Part shown: positions 1-7,039 of the stretch, piece after piece
How positions within the stretch are numbered: position 1 is the stretch's first letter
Layout of the letters: each line of letters starts with the position of its first letter
Assembly: GCA_013042625.1 (NCBI GenBank)
Contig: JABDPU010000140.1
Span: 1-36,299, forward strand
DNA from: Flavobacteriaceae bacterium
GTDB lineage: Bacteria > Bacteroidota > Bacteroidia > Flavobacteriales > Flavobacteriaceae
DNA length: 36,299 nt
Direction of reading: 5' to 3'
Notes under the pieces: generated by a model
What the model was told of the DNA's origin: nothing
What the model saw: the letters and a program-made list of their open reading frames with translations, nothing else
Databases searched by the model: none
Made by a program: the position numbers and the translations under genes

Positions 1-620
1 CCTCCGAATTTCGCGGCACTTGGTATATCATTAAGCAGGTTGAACTGTTCCTTCAAACGAACCACAAACACCTCAATCTCTTTACCCAGGCGGGTAGGTG
101 AAGCAGGCTGACCATGAGTTCGAGCCAGCATGGCGACATCACTCCAGCTCAGTGAGAGTTCAGAGAGTTTTTCAAGCAGCTTAAAGTATTCAGGGACGTA
201 AACGTCATTCATGGCATCCTTGATACTCAATGGGATTGCCGTATTATTAATATCCTGTGAGGTCAGGCCGAAATGAATGAATTCCTTGAAATCAGATAAT
301 CCAAGTTCTTCGAACTTTTCCTTGATAAAATATTCAACCGCCTTAACGTCGTGGTTAGTCACCTTTTCAATGCCCTTGATCTTTTCTGCATCTTCAGAAG
401 TAAAAGACTGATAGACCGATCGTAATTCTTCAAATTTTTCAGAACTGACGGCCTCAAGTTGAGGCAATGGAATTTCACATAATGAAATGAAATATTCAAT
501 TTCAACCAAAACCCGGTATTTGATGAGAGCCTCTTCAGAAAAAAACCTGGAAAGTGACTCGACCTTGTCCCGATATCGACCATCGATTGGAGAAATAGCA
601 TTAAGGTTGGAGAGCGTCAT
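1..620 (-). CDS. purB: Adenylosuccinate lyase, N-terminal part. The ORF runs off the window start, so the C-terminus is missing.
   Basis: This gene is not in the ORF track because it is open at the window edge. My manual translation of the minus strand from the ATG at 618-620 gives MTLSNLNAISPIDGRYRDKVESLSRFFSEEALIKYRVLVEIEYF...HFGLTSQDINNTA...ARTHGQPASPTRLGKE with no stop before position 1. SPIDGRY, TSQDINN and THGQPA.PT are the usual PurB/fumarate-lyase superfamily signatures. Confidence 0.85.
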   Translation of the reverse strand, partial: MTLSNLNAISPIDGRYRDKVESLSRFFSEEALIKYRVLVEIEYFISLCEIPLPQLEAVSSEKFEELRSVYQSFTSEDAEKIKGIEKVTNHDVKAVEYFIKEKFEELGLSDFKEFIHFGLTSQDINNTAIPLSIKDAMNDVYVPEYFKLLEKLSELSLSWSDVAMLARTHGQPASPTRLGKEIEVFVVRLKEQFNLLNDIPSAAKFG

Positions 621-675
621 ACAAAGCGTAATTTTGAAAAATCAAAGATACGTATTGACAGGCATTTTTCAGATT

Positions 676-1245
676 TCAAACCACCTTTTTTAGACGGTCT
701 AAGAGCTTTGCTGCCCTGTTTTGATATCCCACACTGCCAGAAGCATAATTTCGCTCAAGAATTTGAATCAATTCGGGATGTATCCAGTCATAAATTTTTC
801 CGAATAAATATAAAACGGTCATGCTGTATGCTTGCGGTGCGATTTTTTGATCAGTAATCAGGTAATCGAAACACAGCTCAATAATTCGTTCCCGGTGGTG
901 CGATTTCAGCATGGATTTGGTAAGATTATCCTCTTTACTGAAATAGGCGATGGCCAGGTTCTCACAAATCTTGGCTACTGGGCGAACCGCCGAATCATAA
1001 TGTACCTTGTGCATATTAGAGGTGAAGGTATCAAGTTCCGGTAGGATAGCATCTAAATCTTCACGGGCCACGAATTCTAATAACCAGGCAGCCTTACATG
1101 ATTTTTTATCGTTTACTTCAAAAAGTTTTTGAAGAACAAAAGGCAATAATTCTGGGTTTTTAATCACTGTCCGTGCATAATAAACCCGGTTTTCTCTGGA
1201 ATGATTAACAAATTTTAATTCCTTGTTAAGGTCGGTTGCATTCAT
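676..1245 (-). CDS. Hypothetical cytoplasmic protein, predicted all-alpha and possibly HEAT/ARM-like.
   Basis: 189-aa ORF with an ATG start, 55 bp upstream of purB on the same strand. It has no signal peptide or TM segment and shows helix-rich periodicity. I recognise no catalytic motif. Confidence 0.55.
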   Translation of the reverse strand: MNATDLNKELKFVNHSRENRVYYARTVIKNPELLPFVLQKLFEVNDKKSCKAAWLLEFVAREDLDAILPELDTFTSNMHKVHYDSAVRPVAKICENLAIAYFSKEDNLTKSMLKSHHRERIIELCFDYLITDQKIAPQAYSMTVLYLFGKIYDWIHPELIQILERNYASGSVGYQNRAAKLLDRLKKVV

Positions 1246-1291
1246 CGTTTAATTTCCTACTTTTAAATTAATAAATCCAATTCCAATCAAC

Positions 1292-1765
1292 ATGAAAATC
1301 GTAAAGAAAATTCTGATATTTCTATTGATCGTGTTTATGATTATGCAATTCTTCGGTCCGGACAGAAATGAAGGAGACCTCAGTTCGCTGGATGCTTTTA
1401 TCAGTGATACCAATCCGCCTGACGATGTTCATCAAACTCTTAAGATGGCTTGTTTTGATTGTCATAGCAATAAGACGAGATATCCCTGGTATAACCGAAT
1501 TACTCCTGTTAACTATTGGATTGCTGATCATGTTCGACATGGGAAGGGTGAGTTCAATATGTCTGAATGGAATACCTATTCCGATAAGAAGAAGGACCAC
1601 AAACTTGAGGAAGTTGTTGAAGAGGTAAAGAAAAAACATATGCCTTTAGATTCCTACACCTGGATTCATTCTGATGCCAAATTAACAGAGGAGCAGATTT
1701 CTGCCTTAGCAGGCTGGGCCGATCGCGCCAGGCTTAAATATAACCTAAAGGGCAAACCCAATTAA
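1292..1765 (+). CDS. Membrane-anchored haem-binding domain protein (Haem_bd-type, CxxCH).
   Basis: N-terminal hydrophobic anchor (ILIFLLIVFMIMQFF). CFDCH haem-c attachment motif followed by SNKTRYPWYNRITPVNYWIADHVRHGK..MSEW, which is the pattern I associate with PF14376-type haem-binding domains. Confidence 0.7.
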   Translation: MKIVKKILIFLLIVFMIMQFFGPDRNEGDLSSLDAFISDTNPPDDVHQTLKMACFDCHSNKTRYPWYNRITPVNYWIADHVRHGKGEFNMSEWNTYSDKKKDHKLEEVVEEVKKKHMPLDSYTWIHSDAKLTEEQISALAGWADRARLKYNLKGKPN

Positions 1766-1769
1766 ACCA

Positions 1770-3020
1770 ATGTTCAGGACACTTATTATTGCATTGGTAT
1801 GGCCGGAACCAAATGCTTCCGCCGCCGGGACTCATATGATGGATCTGATCGATGCATTAAGACCTGTCTCAGAAACCATAGATTTTGCCTGTACATCAGG
1901 CCCTTCTGCCTACCCCGAGGATCTCGATAATCTTGGGGTAGTTAAACATTCTATTCAGGTTAATGATAAGGATTTTGATTTTTTGATCAAAGATCTTAAT
2001 CCCGATCTTGTAATATTCGACAGGTTTATGGCCGAAGAGCAATTCGGATGGCGTGTTGCTGATATTTGTCCGGAAGCCATTCGGATTCTTAATACGGAAG
2101 ATCTGCACGGCCTTCGAAAAAGCCGTCAACTTCAGCTGTCTGGCCATGATTTGAATTCATCTGGCTTTGTTGAGAATGATGTGATGAAACGAGAATTAGC
2201 CTCAATTTTCAGGTCTGACCTGAGTTTGATAATCTCTGAATTTGAAATGGATTGGTTACAATCTCATGCCAAATTAAATGAGGATCAATTGCACTATTTC
2301 CCCTTATTAACAGCAGATTCAGCTTCCGAAGGGAAAAATAAAGACAGGGAGTTTGATAATCGAGGGGGCTTTGTCATGATAGGGAATTTCAGGCATGCAC
2401 CAAATGTTGATGCCATTTACTTTTTAAATGAGGAGATCTGGCCCTTGATCCGGAAGATGAAACCCTCAGCTGAAGTCAGGATATATGGTGCCTATATGCC
2501 TGAGAACTTAAAAAAACTGGATAGCGAGCAGGAAGGGCTTTATTTGATGGGACATGCCGAAAATTTGTCCCAGGTTTTTAATCATGCCCGTATATTGCTC
2601 GCTCCTTTAAGATTTGGCGCAGGCCTCAAAGGTAAATTGATGGATGCCATGAGTCAGGGGATTCCATTCGTCACTACCACCTATGGAATGGAAGGTTTCT
2701 CAAATTTTGAAGACGTTCCTTCTGCTGTGGCAGATGATCCCGGGAGTTTTGCAAAACTGGCCATTGAAATGTATCATGATGCCCAGAGATGGGAGAAGCA
2801 TCGGCTTAGAGGTTTTGAATTTATAAACAAGTATTTCAACAGGGAGGATCACTTAAATATGCTCAGGGCTGGAATCGAAAATTTTGCCGAACAAAAAAAT
2901 GATTTACGTGAAGGTAATTTATTGGGTTCGGTATTCAGACATCAGAGTCTGCAGAGCACTAAATATATGAGCAAGTGGATTGAGGAAAAGAACAGGACGC
3001 CCATTTCAAGTTCTGAATGA
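1770..3020 (+). CDS. GT-B fold glycosyltransferase (group-1/GT4-like).
   Basis: 416-aa ORF starting 4 nt after the previous stop. The C-terminal half (GNFRHAPNVDAI...ILLAPLRFGAGLKGKLMDAMSQGIPFVTTTYGMEGF) matches the nucleotide-sugar-binding domain of group-1 glycosyltransferases. Confidence 0.7.
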   Translation: MFRTLIIALVWPEPNASAAGTHMMDLIDALRPVSETIDFACTSGPSAYPEDLDNLGVVKHSIQVNDKDFDFLIKDLNPDLVIFDRFMAEEQFGWRVADICPEAIRILNTEDLHGLRKSRQLQLSGHDLNSSGFVENDVMKRELASIFRSDLSLIISEFEMDWLQSHAKLNEDQLHYFPLLTADSASEGKNKDREFDNRGGFVMIGNFRHAPNVDAIYFLNEEIWPLIRKMKPSAEVRIYGAYMPENLKKLDSEQEGLYLMGHAENLSQVFNHARILLAPLRFGAGLKGKLMDAMSQGIPFVTTTYGMEGFSNFEDVPSAVADDPGSFAKLAIEMYHDAQRWEKHRLRGFEFINKYFNREDHLNMLRAGIENFAEQKNDLREGNLLGSVFRHQSLQSTKYMSKWIEEKNRTPISSSE

Positions 3021-3506
3021 TTGACTACCCAACTTTGTAATCAGGTGACTAACGAGGATCCCGAGAAAACTATAAGGAAAGGACAGGGCCATAATTAACC
3101 ACCCAAACTGCAGTCCCATTAAAGTTCCATCTAAGAGTAATACTTTCAACCAATTCTTCGGATAAAATCCTGCCTGCATATCATGTAAATGCCAAAGCAT
3201 CCCTCCGAAAGGAGAACTGATGAGAATGGTGAATACTATGATAAATGCCGTCCAGAAAATGCGTCCGTAAAATGAAGCACGATAAAACCTATCGGCTGAA
3301 ACGGTAGCAATAATTCCATAGAAGAAACAAGGGATTGCAATATATTGCTCCGGATTCTGATAATGATACAAATACATTCTGAAATACTTACCGAAGACAA
3401 ATCCATTTGGCATTATTTCATATAGTAAATAGTAGGCAGGAACTGCAATTCCAAAACTTAGCAGCCAAAACAGTAATAAACGCCTTATATCAAAAGAATT
3501 TTTCAA
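3006..3506 (-). CDS. Small polytopic membrane protein with about 5 TM segments and unknown function.
   Basis: 166-aa ORF that is strongly hydrophobic throughout. The apparent start is a TTG at 3504-3506, which overlaps the TGA stop of the upstream sirtuin gene (a TTGA overlap). The start codon is uncertain. Confidence 0.5.
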   Translation of the reverse strand: MKNSFDIRRLLLFWLLSFGIAVPAYYLLYEIMPNGFVFGKYFRMYLYHYQNPEQYIAIPCFFYGIIATVSADRFYRASFYGRIFWTAFIIVFTILISSPFGGMLWHLHDMQAGFYPKNWLKVLLLDGTLMGLQFGWLIMALSFPYSFLGILVSHLITKLGSQSFRT

Positions 3507-4189
3507 ATGACCTCATTAATAAGTCGATCCTTTAGTGTGGCCATACCTTCGGTGGCCTTAAAGGGAAGAACTTCAATTTGTGCATTGCTCTGGATAGCAG
3601 GCCTTGGATCGATGTAAAAGACCGGGATGTGTTCCGGAGCATAGTGCATCAGGCTGGCGGCAGGATAAACCTGCAGAGATGTCCCTATGATCAACAACAG
3701 ATCGGCCTGTTCACAAACCGACATGGCTTTGGGGATTAAAGGCACTGACTCACCGAACCAGACGATATGCGGGCGAAGTTGGTAACCTCTTTTACATATA
3801 TCCCCTAACACCAAATCCTTTTTCCAGTCCATGACATCAAATTCATCATATATACTTCTAACTTTAAACAACTCACCATGAAGATGCATGACATTGGAAC
3901 TTCCGGCACGTTCATGAAGATCATCTATATTTTGCGTAATTATGGTAACATTAAAGTGGGCTTCCAGTTCAGCCAGGTCGCAATGTGCCTGGTTAGGATC
4001 TACTTCAAGCAATTGCTTTCTACGCTGATTATAAAAATCGAGGACGAGTTCAGGGTCCCGTCTGAATCCTTCAGGAGATGCGACTACAGTTACATCATGA
4101 CCTTCCCAGAGTCCGTCTTCATCTCTAAAAGTTTTTAGTCCGCTTTCAGCGCTCATTCCAGCCCCTGTCAATACCACTAAATGTTTCAT
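3503..4189 (-). CDS. cobB: NAD-dependent protein deacylase of the Sir2 family.
   Basis: GAGMSAESGLKTFRD (NAD-binding GAG.S..SG...FR), TQNIDDLHERAG and the catalytic HLHG are all present. The C-terminal IIGTSLQVYPAA is also typical. Confidence 0.85.
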   Translation of the reverse strand: MKHLVVLTGAGMSAESGLKTFRDEDGLWEGHDVTVVASPEGFRRDPELVLDFYNQRRKQLLEVDPNQAHCDLAELEAHFNVTIITQNIDDLHERAGSSNVMHLHGELFKVRSIYDEFDVMDWKKDLVLGDICKRGYQLRPHIVWFGESVPLIPKAMSVCEQADLLLIIGTSLQVYPAASLMHYAPEHIPVFYIDPRPAIQSNAQIEVLPFKATEGMATLKDRLINEVI

Positions 4190-4263
4190 AGTTCTAATTT
4201 AGACAATCTTACTACGGTCTCAAAGTACATTTTTAGAATGATTTCATTATTTTCATACTGAAG

Positions 4264-4926
4264 ATGAAAAAGGAGGAACTTCAATTACTCGAATATCTGC
4301 AATCCTATCTCACAGAACGCCGTTTGTCGCGTTTTGAAGAGGTCTTATCTAATCGCACCAGGCATTTTACAGTGGCCGTTGAAGATGTATATCAATTACA
4401 TAATACAAGTGCAGTCCTCAGAAGCTGTGACATTTTTGGAATTCAGGATGTCCATATTATCGAAGAGATGTATGAAGATCGTATCGATAGTGAAATAGCT
4501 ATGGGTGCCCAAAAATGGATTAGCATTTCGAAACATGAATCCGCAGCTAATTGCATTGATCATATAAAATCAAAGGGGTATCAGGTTGTGGCAACCACAC
4601 CGCATCATGATGAATGCAGTTTAGCAGATTTTGATGTTTTGGCCCCTTCTTGTTTTTTCTTCGGAAGAGAAACCGATGGGTTATCGAAAGCCATCCTCGA
4701 CCGGGCCGATTCTTACCTGACCATACCCATGTACGGATTTACGGAAAGCCTTAATATTTCGGTTTCTGCAGCCATTATACTTCAATCGGTTACCAGAAAA
4801 CTCAGGAATAGTGACATTCAATGGCGATTACCGGAAGAGGAGCAATTGGAATTAAAGCTGGATTGGTGCAAAAAAACCATCAAGAGCATTGATTCCATTT
4901 TGGAGCGTTACCAGCAATCCCTTTGA
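4264..4926 (+). CDS. trmH: SpoU/TrmH-family RNA 2'-O-ribose methyltransferase, probably tRNA Gm18.
   Basis: FTVAVEDVYQLHNTSAVLRSCDIFGIQDVHII (motif 1), FFFGRETDGLS (motif 2) and IPMYGFTESLNISVSAAIIL (motif 3, the SPOUT knot). Confidence 0.75.
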   Translation: MKKEELQLLEYLQSYLTERRLSRFEEVLSNRTRHFTVAVEDVYQLHNTSAVLRSCDIFGIQDVHIIEEMYEDRIDSEIAMGAQKWISISKHESAANCIDHIKSKGYQVVATTPHHDECSLADFDVLAPSCFFFGRETDGLSKAILDRADSYLTIPMYGFTESLNISVSAAIILQSVTRKLRNSDIQWRLPEEEQLELKLDWCKKTIKSIDSILERYQQSL

Positions 4927-4965
4927 TTTTTTCGTAAATTTAATAACCAACAGCAATTCAATGAT

Positions 4966-5162
4966 ATGAAGATAAGTACTTATCTGACCTTTCATGATAA
5001 ATGTCAAAATGCGATGAAATCGTACAAGGATATATTAAATGGCGTGAAACTATGATGTCAGGATTCACCGATTTGTCGCAGAAAGTTTGTGAAATACCAG
5101 CCGGATAAGAGAACAATATTTTGCATAGCAATCTGAGTGGGCTAAGTATTTTCTTAGTCTGA
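4966..5162 (+). pseudogene. Decayed remnant of a PhnB/VOC-like small protein of the 3-demethylubiquinone-9 3-methyltransferase-domain type.
   Basis: Frame 1 reads MKISTYLTFHDKCQNAMKSYKDILNGVKL* (stop at 5053-5055). After a frame change at about 5052 the sequence reads MMSGFTDLSQKVCEIPAG*ENNILHSNLSGLSIFLV*, with an in-frame TAA at 5106-5108. Joined together these resemble the N-terminal ~65 aa of PhnB-like proteins (MKI.PYL.F.G.C..A..FY....G......M...........P......I.H..L.IG.....). The rest of the gene is absent. Confidence 0.45.
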
Positions 5163-5224
5163 GAGATTAGGTCGATTTAGGCGGGGGAAGGCCTTATGTT
5201 CCCGATTAATAATAGTTACTCAAA

Positions 5225-5743
5225 ATGGTATTCGTTTACATTTTAGTTATAATCATCGCGATTGTAGTGATCCTCGGATTATTTGCCCCAAAACGATATG
5301 ATGTTAAAAGAAGTATTCTTGTGGCTGCACCGATAGATAAGGTGTATAATTATTTGAAGTTCCTGAAGAATCAGGATGAATGGTCACCCTGGAAGCAAAG
5401 GGATCCCAATATGGAACAGGAGTTTTCGGGAACCGATGGTGAAATTGGATTTATCGCCAGATGGTCGGGCAACAAGGAAGTTGGCGAAGGTGAGCAGGAA
5501 TTAAAGCACCTCTCTGAAAATGAAAGTATACTTACAGAACTGCGTTTCTTCAAACCCTGGAAATCACAATCAGACGGATATTTTCGTTTTAAGGAAAGAG
5601 ATGGCCAAACCCGGGTTACATGGGGTTTTAATGGGAAAAATAAATTTCCGATTAATATTTTTATGTTGTTTTACAATATGGAAAAAGCCGTAGGAAAGGA
5701 TTTCGATGAGGGATTGAGTAATTTGAAACAAATTTTAGAATAA
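5225..5743 (+). CDS. SRPBCC-superfamily protein (polyketide cyclase / START-like) with an N-terminal TM anchor.
   Basis: 172-aa ORF with a hydrophobic N-terminus (VFVYILVIIIAIVVILGLFA). The rest follows the usual SRPBCC pattern (V..Y..L.....W.PW......M......G.DGE.G....W.G...VG.GEQE). Confidence 0.7.
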   Translation: MVFVYILVIIIAIVVILGLFAPKRYDVKRSILVAAPIDKVYNYLKFLKNQDEWSPWKQRDPNMEQEFSGTDGEIGFIARWSGNKEVGEGEQELKHLSENESILTELRFFKPWKSQSDGYFRFKERDGQTRVTWGFNGKNKFPINIFMLFYNMEKAVGKDFDEGLSNLKQILE

Positions 5744-5750
5744 TAGATTC

Positions 5751-6128
5751 ATGGAACACAATATGATAGGCTGGTTTGAGATTCCGGTGACGGACATGGA
5801 CAGGGCCAAGGCATTTTACGAGGCAGTTTTTCAGATCGATATACATGTACAGGATTTTAACGGTGTATTAATGGGTTGGTTTCCATGGGCTGAAGGTAAA
5901 TCCGGTTCATCCGGATCACTCATTAAACAGGAATCTTACAAACCTCATTCAGAATATGGCGTACTTATTTATTTTTCATCCGCTGACGTAAAAAATGAAG
6001 TGAATAGGGTAGAGGCCGCAGGAGGTAAGGTTTTAAAGACGAAAACTCAGATTTCACCCGATGTTGGTTATATGGGATTATTCCTGGATACCGAAGGGAA
6101 CAGGGTTGCCTTGCATTCCAGGCAATAA
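5751..6128 (+). CDS. VOC-family (glyoxalase/bleomycin-resistance fold) protein.
   Basis: IGWFEIPVTDMDRAKAFYEAVF...G.....F.D.EGN.V.LHS is the usual small single-domain VOC pattern. The true start may be the internal Met at 5763. Confidence 0.8.
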   Translation: MEHNMIGWFEIPVTDMDRAKAFYEAVFQIDIHVQDFNGVLMGWFPWAEGKSGSSGSLIKQESYKPHSEYGVLIYFSSADVKNEVNRVEAAGGKVLKTKTQISPDVGYMGLFLDTEGNRVALHSRQ

Positions 6129-6129
6129 G

Positions 6130-6909
6130 CTATAACCGGTTTTTATTTCGGCTTAAAACCTTGTATTCTTCATAACACTCGCTTATAGCATCCAGAATCT
6201 GGAGATCGTTTGCAGTACGAATAAATTCTTTGGAATAATTGCATTCACTCACGATGAGGTCGAGGTCAACGCGGTCAACCTGCAAAAGGGCAGTGAGCAT
6301 TTCACGATCAAATCGGGTCGCAAGGATATTACGAATTTCATCATCCCGTTTCATTTTACGCAGTTTCCGCAATTCATTGGGCTTTTTGCCAAACATTTTA
6401 TGCAGGAAATCAGCTGGATTGAATAAGGCACCAAGTACTTTACTAACTGCTCCCGGAGAGCGCGAGCCACCTTCATATCCTGTGGTTGGCAGGCCTGAAA
6501 TACTATACCTGACCGGTTGGTTCACAGGCACTTGTTTTATATCGACTTCAAGATAGCCTGTAAGCTTTAACTGGTTGATAACCACTTCTTCAAGTGCCAG
6601 GGCAAGCTCGGTCATTTCAATTGTAGTGGCCGTATCGTATTTGATCCAGTCATTGGTAACCCTTACCCGGATTGATTTATAGCCCAAATATGAAAGATGT
6701 AAAGTATCATTGGCCTGGGCCCTGATCTCAAATTCACCATCAACATTCGTTGCAGTACCCAAAACCTGGTTCAGGTTGACAATGTTTACATTTTCAAGCG
6801 CAACATCTGTTCCGGCACGAATAACACGGCCTTTAACCGTAGTAACATCCTGTGCGGATATAATTTGCGTAGAAAGAACACAAAGAATTAGGAACAGCAA
6901 TTTTTTCAT
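6130..6909 (-). CDS. Secreted protein with a carboxypeptidase-regulatory-like (CarboxypepD_reg) domain.
   Basis: Signal peptide MKKLLFLILCVLSTQIISAQ. This is followed by VKGRVIRAGTDVALENVNIVNLNQVLGTATNVDGEFEIRAQANDTLHLSYLGYKSIRVRV, the beta-sandwich pattern of CarboxypepD_reg-like domains. Confidence 0.7.
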   Translation of the reverse strand: MKKLLFLILCVLSTQIISAQDVTTVKGRVIRAGTDVALENVNIVNLNQVLGTATNVDGEFEIRAQANDTLHLSYLGYKSIRVRVTNDWIKYDTATTIEMTELALALEEVVINQLKLTGYLEVDIKQVPVNQPVRYSISGLPTTGYEGGSRSPGAVSKVLGALFNPADFLHKMFGKKPNELRKLRKMKRDDEIRNILATRFDREMLTALLQVDRVDLDLIVSECNYSKEFIRTANDLQILDAISECYEEYKVLSRNKNRL

Positions 6910-7039
6910 GAGCTCTTTTTGATGCCTTAAAATTACTAAACTTAACTGTTTATTTCGGAATTACGATACAATTTTGACTTATTATTAACAGCCAATCCAC
7001 CTGTAATCTAATACTTTAAGCTATTTGATTCCTTTGATA

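Noticed and set aside
359-693. Track ORFs 359..601 (-) and 487..693 (+) at the left edge of the window.
   Set aside because: Both lie inside or across the purB reading frame that I translated manually (1-620, minus strand). Their translations have low-complexity, non-protein-like composition. They are shadow ORFs.
1322-1639. ORFs 1322..1639 (-) and 1368..1628 (+) overlapping the haem-binding-domain gene, and 1896..2147 (-) inside the glycosyltransferase gene.
   Set aside because: They are embedded in ORFs that carry recognisable family motifs. They have no motifs themselves and have hydrophobic, low-complexity translations typical of off-frame AT-rich sequence.
3503-4189. The Sir2-domain protein as a possible anti-phage defence effector (Thoeris ThsA, DSR, SIR2-HerA or SIR2-pAgo type).
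   Set aside because: The protein is short (228 aa) and carries the full deacylase motif set of housekeeping CobB-type sirtuins. No TIR, SLOG, HerA, Argonaute or other defence partner is adjacent. The context is housekeeping (trmH, a glycosyltransferase). Only the membrane-protein coupling and the missing zinc motif are kept as findings.
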